Origin: Candidatus Micrarchaeota archaeon
GTDB taxonomy: Archaea > Micrarchaeota > Micrarchaeia > Micrarchaeales > CABMGC01
Assembly: GCA_021812185.1 (NCBI GenBank)
Contig: JAKAON010000003.1
Span: forward strand, 1-45,312
DNA length: 45,312 nt
Reading direction: 5' to 3'
Made by a program: the position numbers and the translations under genes. Shown piece after piece: positions 38,659 to 45,312 of the stretch (positions are counted from its first letter, which is position 1; the number at the start of each line of letters is the position of its first letter). Below the pieces are notes generated by a model. That model ran no database searches. It saw only the letters and a list, made by a program, of their open reading frames with translations, and had not been told where the DNA came from.

Positions 38659-39222
38659 ATGATTATTTTAGACGAATTTAAACAGATGCTCAATATAATG
38701 CTAAAACCATCTTCAGCAACATCGTCCAAGACAAACTTCGCAAAATCGTCAATATTCTACTACAAAGCTACTGCAATACCTTTTGTTTTGTTGCTCGCAT
38801 TCACTTTCTTCATACACAACCAGATAACCCAATCCATAGACATGCTATTTGAAATCCTGATATGGCTGATAATCCCCCTGTTTGCCCTTTTCGAAACAGC
38901 TGTGTTTCAGCTTTCTGGTAAAAACTTCTTTTCATCATTCAAACACGGATCTATCAACACTTTTCACAGCGTGCTGCTATCAAATTCCGCAATAATCCTC
39001 GTTTTGTGGATATGCGTACTGTACCCTCCCATCGCACCTATCTTGCTAGGGCTAGCAATTTTGTGGGCATTCATAATTTTGGTAACGTCCCTGTCGGTTA
39101 ATCAAGGAGCTACGAGAACCGAGGCATTCATTGCTGTGGTGGTAGGATATTTACTAATGTACCTTATCATAAATGCAATTGCAATAATATTGGTCGGCCA
39201 AATCCCTCCGCCTGCCGCTTAA
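38659..39222 (+). CDS. Yip1-like multi-pass membrane protein
   Basis: About five hydrophobic helices, ML-KP N-terminal motif. Confidence 0.6.
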   Translation: MIILDEFKQMLNIMLKPSSATSSKTNFAKSSIFYYKATAIPFVLLLAFTFFIHNQITQSIDMLFEILIWLIIPLFALFETAVFQLSGKNFFSSFKHGSINTFHSVLLSNSAIILVLWICVLYPPIAPILLGLAILWAFIILVTSLSVNQGATRTEAFIAVVVGYLLMYLIINAIAIILVGQIPPPAA

Positions 39223-39231
39223 TTTGCAAAA

Positions 39232-40392
39232 TCAGAAACTCTCAAGAAGGTTTATCATCTCCTTTTCCACCTTCCTAAGTTTATTTATCTCAACATACTC
39301 GTTTGCCTGGTGGATGCTAAAGTTCTGCGCCCCATACGCAACTGAAGGTATATTTGCTTGTGAAAAGAAAGTCCCGTCAAATCCCCCAAAACTAACATGT
39401 ATTTTTTTCTCTTTTACCGATTTCCTAATGCGCTTCAATATATCCGAGTCCATGTCTGTTATGTAACTCTCATGCGTCGAATCCATTTTTATCGATGCAT
39501 CTATTTTCTCCTCCTTTTTTAGTTTTTCAAAATAATTAATCAGCATTATCTGGAAATCGCGTACCTTAGTCCCTGGAGGGGATCTTAGGTCGAATTTTAT
39601 CTCCACCTTCCCAGGTATCAAGTTTGGTGCTACCCCTCCATTTATCATTGTAATATTGAACCTGCCCTTCACCTGGCCATCCATCTCTCCAGGGTACTTG
39701 CATTTGTATTTAGAAACGACATCATCAAACTTCTTAAGCTTTAACAAGAATCTAAGTGATTTTTCAACCGCGTTTACTCCAAGGAAAGGCATGCCTGCGT
39801 GGTGTTCAACTCCCTTTATGACTATGGTGCCTCCGCTTACGCCGCTCGATCCGGTCACTATGCAATCCTCTACGTCAAGCACCACTGCATAATCTGCACG
39901 TATCATCTTCCTGTGCTTTTCTAAGACCCAAGCCAATCCGTATTTTGATCCGATCTCTTCGTCGCATGTGAATACAAGTTCTACGTTGGCTGTGGGTTTT
40001 GCGTTTTCAGCAGCAAAAAGAGATACGGCAATGCCTGATTTGTCGTCGCTTGCTCCCCTGCCATACATCCTATTTCCCACTCTTGTTAGCTTGAATGGGT
40101 CTCTTTTCCAATCCGTCCTATCTACTGGTACGACGTCATAGTGGGCATTTAGGGCTATGGTCTTTTCAGCACCAAAATCCAACCTCCCTATGACATTTGG
40201 CCTAGATTTCCCATCCGGTGCCTTTGCATATATTACATCTACTTTGCCTCCGATGTTCTCAATCTTCTCCTTGAGCAGCGATGCCATTTCATCATAATTA
40301 GACGACTTCGAAGCATCAGTGTCTATCCCTACTAGTTCCCCAAGCAATCTAAGGTCCAAATCAACATCCATATTCGCACTTCGAAGCGACAC
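39232..40392 (-). CDS. M20 family metallopeptidase (ArgE/DapE-like)
   Basis: NAHYDVVP, GRGASDDK, DEE and IHQANE motifs. Confidence 0.93.
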   Translation of the reverse strand: MSLRSANMDVDLDLRLLGELVGIDTDASKSSNYDEMASLLKEKIENIGGKVDVIYAKAPDGKSRPNVIGRLDFGAEKTIALNAHYDVVPVDRTDWKRDPFKLTRVGNRMYGRGASDDKSGIAVSLFAAENAKPTANVELVFTCDEEIGSKYGLAWVLEKHRKMIRADYAVVLDVEDCIVTGSSGVSGGTIVIKGVEHHAGMPFLGVNAVEKSLRFLLKLKKFDDVVSKYKCKYPGEMDGQVKGRFNITMINGGVAPNLIPGKVEIKFDLRSPPGTKVRDFQIMLINYFEKLKKEEKIDASIKMDSTHESYITDMDSDILKRIRKSVKEKKIHVSFGGFDGTFFSQANIPSVAYGAQNFSIHQANEYVEINKLRKVEKEMINLLESF

Positions 40393-40471
40393 GCACCATT
40401 GCGCATGTCAACAACATTAAATATTATATCATAAAGAATATATAGCGCGAAGATTTTGAAATTGTGATATA

Positions 40472-41317
40472 ATGGCTTCAGAGATACTCAGGCGTGAACA
40501 AACTGACAAATCAACTACGCAGCCCCAGCTCGAGCAGGGGATGCACCCATCATTTCTGAATGTTTTGATACAGAAAAAATCAATAAAAGAGAAAACAGCC
40601 GGGATTAAGCATCGCATTGGAGTGTACAGCGCAAAAGGAGGGGTGGGAAAGACCACTGTTGCTGTTAACTTGGCATATGCCCTAAGCGAAATGGGTCTCT
40701 CTGTAGGTCTGCTTGACGCAGATATAGACTGCCCAAATGTAACGTTCTTCATGGGAATAAACACGGTAATACCCCAAGATTACCCTCTCAAGCCTGTGGT
40801 TAAAGACGGCATAAAGGTTATGTCAACTGCCTTATTCATCGAAGACAAGGAAAAGCCAATAATGTGGAGAGGCCCGATGAAAGGCAAAATGCTAAGGGAA
40901 TTTTTCGAGAATACCTCCTGGGGAGACCTAGATTATATAATAATTGATCTGCCCCCTGGGACCAGCGATACCCCCCTCTCGCTAATGCAGTTACTGGATC
41001 TTGACGGGATACTTCTCGTGACAACTCCTCAGTCAATAGCCGCAAAGAACGCAATACGATCCGGATACATGGCAAAAAGGATGAACATACATCTCTTCGG
41101 CGTCGTGGAAACAATGTCTGGGAACAGCCCTGCTGGCGCACTTCACGTATCTAAGGTCCTCAATACAGACCTTCTGGGAACCATAAAATATGATGAAAAG
41201 TTCAACGAGTGCAGCGATATCGGCAAAGTGCCCTTCCTAACAGAGAAGCATATCCACGATGCATTCGAAGATATAGCCAAGAAATTGTCATCTTTAGGTA
41301 AAAAAACAAGCTCATAA
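40472..41317 (+). CDS. Mrp/NBP35 family P-loop ATPase
   Basis: KGGVGKT, DADID, IMWRGPM and IDLPPGTSD motifs. Confidence 0.92.
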   Translation: MASEILRREQTDKSTTQPQLEQGMHPSFLNVLIQKKSIKEKTAGIKHRIGVYSAKGGVGKTTVAVNLAYALSEMGLSVGLLDADIDCPNVTFFMGINTVIPQDYPLKPVVKDGIKVMSTALFIEDKEKPIMWRGPMKGKMLREFFENTSWGDLDYIIIDLPPGTSDTPLSLMQLLDLDGILLVTTPQSIAAKNAIRSGYMAKRMNIHLFGVVETMSGNSPAGALHVSKVLNTDLLGTIKYDEKFNECSDIGKVPFLTEKHIHDAFEDIAKKLSSLGKKTSS

Positions 41318-41379
41318 AGTCTCTCGGTAAATCAAAAATTTATATACTTTACTGGATTAACCACTATGCGGGGATTATT

Positions 41380-42597
41380 ATGAAAGAACCATTCTCAGAT
41401 TTGCTCAAGGAATCCTCGATATTCAAGAACAGGGCCGCGCTATCTCCTAATTTTATACCCGAGCATCTTCTATTCAGGGACAAGCAAATAGATTCCATAG
41501 TCAAGGTTCTCACACCATCCCTCAAGGGAGACAAGGGAAGGAACCTATTCATTTACGGAAAGACGGGTACAGGGAAGACATCATGTATGAGATATGTTCT
41601 TGACAAGGTAAAGAACATCTCAACTGTAAGGGCAAAAATATCATACATAAACTGCAGGCTTCATAATTCAAGGTACCGTGTCCTAAATAAAATATTGTCT
41701 GATCATCTTCCTGCTTACGCCAAGCACGGCTACGGCACAGTGGACATATACGGCAAGATAATAAACTGGATAGAAGAGGATACAAAGATACTTGTGGTGG
41801 TTCTTGACGAAATAGATATGGTCACCGACCTCGACGACCTAATATACACGCTCACGCGCGCTAACAACGACATGAAATCCGGAGGCATAGTGATAGCCGG
41901 AATCTGCAACAATATATCATTCAAGGACAAGCTCGATCCAAGAAGCCTATCATCCCTATACGAGGCAGAATTGGTATTCCCTCCGTATAATTCAAACGAA
42001 CTCTCAGAAATACTCAAGCAGCGCGCCGAACTGGGATTCAAGAAGGATGTAATAGAGCCGCAGGCAATAAATCTCGCAGCTGCAATATCTGCAAAAGACA
42101 GCGGAGATGCCAGGCTTGCTCTCAAAATGCTCTCAAATGCCGGAGAACTCGCCGAGGAAAAGGGAGAAAAGAAGATAACTATAGAGGATGTACGCGATGC
42201 TTCTAAAAACGCAGAAGAGGAAATAGCGTACGAGTTGGTAAGTACGTTGCCTGAACATCAGCGCCTCATAGTATATGCAATAGCCATGCTCACAATACAG
42301 GGAAGCAGGTACAAGAAACTTGTACAAGGCGAAGACACATACCTATTCAGCGGCGAGGTATACGACAAATATGTGGCAATAATAAATTCATTGAAAAAGG
42401 ATCCAAAGAGCTCAAGGTGGTATAGAAAGTACATAACTGATTTAGAGATGCAGGGCCTCGTGGCGACGTACGAATCCGGAAAGGGGATACGTGGACATAC
42501 CAAGCTCATAAAACTGCTGTATCCTCCAGCAAAAATAAGGAATACCATAGAAAAAGGGCTGTTCAACGAATCTGAAGCCGAAGTCAAGACAACATGA
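41380..42597 (+). CDS. cdc6: Orc1/Cdc6 replication initiator
   Basis: GKTGTGKT, LDEID, FPPY, GDAR; C-terminal wHTH with GIRGHT. Confidence 0.96.
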   Translation: MKEPFSDLLKESSIFKNRAALSPNFIPEHLLFRDKQIDSIVKVLTPSLKGDKGRNLFIYGKTGTGKTSCMRYVLDKVKNISTVRAKISYINCRLHNSRYRVLNKILSDHLPAYAKHGYGTVDIYGKIINWIEEDTKILVVVLDEIDMVTDLDDLIYTLTRANNDMKSGGIVIAGICNNISFKDKLDPRSLSSLYEAELVFPPYNSNELSEILKQRAELGFKKDVIEPQAINLAAAISAKDSGDARLALKMLSNAGELAEEKGEKKITIEDVRDASKNAEEEIAYELVSTLPEHQRLIVYAIAMLTIQGSRYKKLVQGEDTYLFSGEVYDKYVAIINSLKKDPKSSRWYRKYITDLEMQGLVATYESGKGIRGHTKLIKLLYPPAKIRNTIEKGLFNESEAEVKTT

Positions 42598-42601
42598 TGA
42601 T

Positions 42602-43117
42602 ATGCAGTACTGCGACTACATAAGGGATGTCAATGCCGCTGACTCCAAGCTTGCGAAGTTGCTTGGCTTCCAAAAAATGCTTACTTCTCTAGATGGCATA
42701 TCGATAGTCGCAAGCCCTCAAACAATAGGCACGCACGAAAATAAGGTCATACTTGAAGGCAATTGCGCATACATAATGAAGCATGTAAATGACAGGCGTG
42801 TTGTAGGTATAATTATAGACGACTTCGAGGCAGATAAGAATTTGATAGAGCATGCACGCCACAAGGAGAAGGCACTTATAATAAATGCAGGAAAACTCAC
42901 AAATTCAAGCGACAGTTATAGGGCGAGAAACATAATTCGAGCAAGGGAGCTGGTAAAGAACGCATTGCACTACAAAATAAAAATTTCAATAGCATCGACA
43001 GCAAGGACCGCAAATGAAGTGCTATCCGCTGGGCAGCTGATAGAAGTGGCACAGATGCTCGGCGCAAGCCAAGTGCAGGGAAAGAAAATGCTCACAATAT
43101 TAGGTGATTTGCTATGA
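42602..43117 (+). CDS. rnp3: Ribonuclease P protein component 3 (Rpp30), divergent
   Basis: C-terminal ISIASTARTANEVLS..AQMLG pattern; adjacent to pop5. Confidence 0.65.
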   Translation: MQYCDYIRDVNAADSKLAKLLGFQKMLTSLDGISIVASPQTIGTHENKVILEGNCAYIMKHVNDRRVVGIIIDDFEADKNLIEHARHKEKALIINAGKLTNSSDSYRARNIIRARELVKNALHYKIKISIASTARTANEVLSAGQLIEVAQMLGASQVQGKKMLTILGDLL

Positions 43118-43434
43118 TAATGAGGCGCAAGTCTAGATACATATTGGTAAGGTCCACACGCCCTCTAGATATAGAAGTGAGGGATCGGGAATATCAATTC
43201 CTAAAGGAAGTGGAAAGATTCATGGGCATAGGCGCATACTGCGCGTCTCATCCTAAAATAGCAAATAAAGCAGGAAGCAACATGTTCATAGTAAAGGTGA
43301 ACCGCGGAAGCGAGTGCAGCTTTGCACTTGCAACATCTTTCATAAAACGTATCGCAGACATGGATATTGGATTCCAAACAGTAAAAACATCCGGAAGCAT
43401 ATCGCAGTTGAAACGGCTCGCCGCAAAGAGCTAA
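43114..43434 (+). CDS. rnp2: Ribonuclease P protein component 2 (Pop5)
   Basis: RRKSRYI, IVKVNR and TSGSI motifs. Confidence 0.85.
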   Translation: MIMRRKSRYILVRSTRPLDIEVRDREYQFLKEVERFMGIGAYCASHPKIANKAGSNMFIVKVNRGSECSFALATSFIKRIADMDIGFQTVKTSGSISQLKRLAAKS

Positions 43435-43504
43435 AAGTTACGCATGGGCGTTTTGGGAAATTCCAAAATAGCAAGCATTAATATCAGGCATCCCAAATAA
43501 TATC

Positions 43505-45025
43505 ATGCAAAACGTATCAAAGGAACATACCTATCTAACCAAATCCCGCTACGTAAATGGCCTGAACTGCGCAAAGGAGATATGGCTGATGTTTAATGAC
43601 CCAAAGTCCCTGCCCAAAATAGACCAAGCTACACAAAATAGGTTTGATGAAGGGCACAAAGTAGGGGAACTTGCAAAACTCCTCTTCCCAACTGGAATAG
43701 AAATAACAAAAATATCGCCTAAAGATAATGACAAAATTTCAAGAGAGCTATTAAAAGAAAGAAGGCCTCTGTTCGAAGCCGGATTCATACATAGCGACGG
43801 TAAATGCTATGCCCGCGCAGACATCCTGGTGCCGTCGGGAAAATCAGAATGGGACATAATAGAGGTCAAGAGCGCCGCTTCAGTAAAGGAATACTACCTA
43901 GATGATATATCGTTCCAGAAATACTGCTATGAAGGCGCAGGCCTGAAGATTAGGAAATCTTTCGTTTTCTATGTAAATAAGGAATACGTAAAGGACGGCG
44001 ACATAAATCCGCAGGATTTTTTCATGAGGGGGGAAGTAACCGAAAGCATCGATGCAAAAGTCCCAAAGGTACATGAAAACGTTATAAAATTATTAAAAAT
44101 AACAAAGCTCAAGGAATGCCCTGAATTTACGCGGGGTGAAAACTACCACGACGATCCACACGGCGTCCATGAAAACGACAGGTTCTGGAAAGAGAATCCG
44201 GATTCTGACATTTTAGATATGTATAGGGGAGGAAAGAAGGCCGCAGAACTATTCGATTTTGGAATTATCAAGATAAAAGACATACCTGAAGATTACGAGT
44301 TAAACGAAAAACAGATTATACAAAAGATGGCGCATTCAAGCGCAGGCACTCATACAAATATCAAGGAGTTAAATACTTTCATAAAGCGCATAAACTATCC
44401 GATTTACTTCATGGATTTCGAAAGTTACGCAACCGCTATCCCATTATATGACGGGCTTAGACCATACCAGCAAATACCTTTCCAATTTTCTGTCCATGTG
44501 CTAAAAAATAAAGGCCAAAAACCGACCCATATCTCTTTCCTTGCAAAAGGATCCAAAGACCCAAGAGCAAAGTTCATAGCAGAACTAAAGAAGGCCATCG
44601 GTACAAAAGGCAGTATTTTAGTATATAACCAAAGTTTCGAACAATCCATTTTAGAAAAGCTCGTACAGCACTCTCCGAAGTACAAAAAGTGGGTTGCGTC
44701 AATTATACCCAGACTGGTAGACCTCCTTGTCCCATTTAGGAATTTCCATTATTACCACCCTCATCAGAAAGGCAGCGTTTCACTAAAGCACGTTCTGCCA
44801 GCGCTTACTGGTATGACATACGGAGATCTTCCAATAAACAACGGGTCCCAGGCCTCTTTATCATACTTATTCATAACCCACGGGGCGTATCTAGGTAAGC
44901 ATGCAACTAAAAAAGAGATGAGGGAGATAAGAAACGACCTGGAGAAGTACTGCGGCCAAGACACGGAAGGCATGGTAAGAATATTGGATAAATTAGAGGG
45001 CATATGCCAAGGCAGCCAAGATTAA
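43505..45025 (+). CDS. DUF2779-type protein: PD-(D/E)xK nuclease fused to DEDD/RNase H-like exonuclease
   Basis: RADIL..IIEVKS..FQKYCY; FMDFES, VYNQSFE and YCGQDT. Confidence 0.85.
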   Translation: MQNVSKEHTYLTKSRYVNGLNCAKEIWLMFNDPKSLPKIDQATQNRFDEGHKVGELAKLLFPTGIEITKISPKDNDKISRELLKERRPLFEAGFIHSDGKCYARADILVPSGKSEWDIIEVKSAASVKEYYLDDISFQKYCYEGAGLKIRKSFVFYVNKEYVKDGDINPQDFFMRGEVTESIDAKVPKVHENVIKLLKITKLKECPEFTRGENYHDDPHGVHENDRFWKENPDSDILDMYRGGKKAAELFDFGIIKIKDIPEDYELNEKQIIQKMAHSSAGTHTNIKELNTFIKRINYPIYFMDFESYATAIPLYDGLRPYQQIPFQFSVHVLKNKGQKPTHISFLAKGSKDPRAKFIAELKKAIGTKGSILVYNQSFEQSILEKLVQHSPKYKKWVASIIPRLVDLLVPFRNFHYYHPHQKGSVSLKHVLPALTGMTYGDLPINNGSQASLSYLFITHGAYLGKHATKKEMREIRNDLEKYCGQDTEGMVRILDKLEGICQGSQD

Positions 45026-45138
45026 TGGCAATATGTGGCCAAAAGGAAAATCCACCAAAAGCTATATAAGTTTACTATAAATATACTATATTGTCTTAAT
45101 TCTCCAATCTAAATTGGGCTAATCATTAAGGTGAAATT

Positions 45139-45312
45139 ATGTATCCAAACGTTCAAGCATACGACAGAGGGGTCATGTTCAATCCTGACGGAAGGCTATT
45201 CCAGGTGGAATACGCAAAGGAAGCAGTGAGGAAGGGCGCAACGTCTCTCGGGATGGTAGTAAAGGACGGGGTAGTATTCGTGGCCCACAAAAATCTCACA
45301 GAGCAGATCGGA
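45139..45312 (+). CDS. psmA: Proteasome subunit alpha (5' part only, truncated by window end)
   Basis: MYPNVQAYDRGVMFNPDGRLFQVEYAKEAVRKG; AGGTGA RBS. Confidence 0.95.
   Translation, partial: MYPNVQAYDRGVMFNPDGRLFQVEYAKEAVRKGATSLGMVVKDGVVFVAHKNLTEQIG

Noticed and set aside
41318-41379. Origin next to cdc6
   Set aside because: Only 62 bp; shows a BRE/TATA-like element but no ORB-like repeats
434-45003. Numerous other short overlapping or antisense ORFs in the track
   Set aside because: They lie within well-supported genes and show no motifs

Overview
Gene-dense archaeal chromosomal segment, most likely DPANN / Ca. Micrarchaeota (inferred from the archaeal information genes, bacterial-type GyrBA, single-OB SSB and intron-containing tRNA-Ile(UAU); not verified by search). 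It is mostly housekeeping: PCNA, DTD2, three RNase P proteins, SRP54, DRG GTPase, CysRS, Kae1/Bud32, Lhr, gyrase, TFE, GINS, eL42, aIF2a, PAC2, RadA, Dph5, prefoldin, Mre11, ACD, beta-CASP RNase, SSB, Mrp, Cdc6, partial PsmA, four tRNAs and three surface proteins. I found no CRISPR array, integrase or transposase. Best leads: (1) an AT-rich intergenic region at ~24.5 kb flanked by a 17/19 inverted repeat, coinciding with an apparent strand-composition flip (candidate origin or terminus); (2) two small genes absent from the ORF track, eL41/eS32 and a 15-aa Lys-rich peptide with promoter, RBS and terminator-like signals; (3) a structured RNA-like element plus a 13-bp tandem repeat upstream of radA; (4) tRNA-Ile(UAU) with a BHB intron; (5) a dual-nuclease DUF2779-type gene inserted between pop5 and psmA; (6) a tandem pair of unknown paralogs; (7) several enzymes with substituted catalytic or metal-ligand residues.
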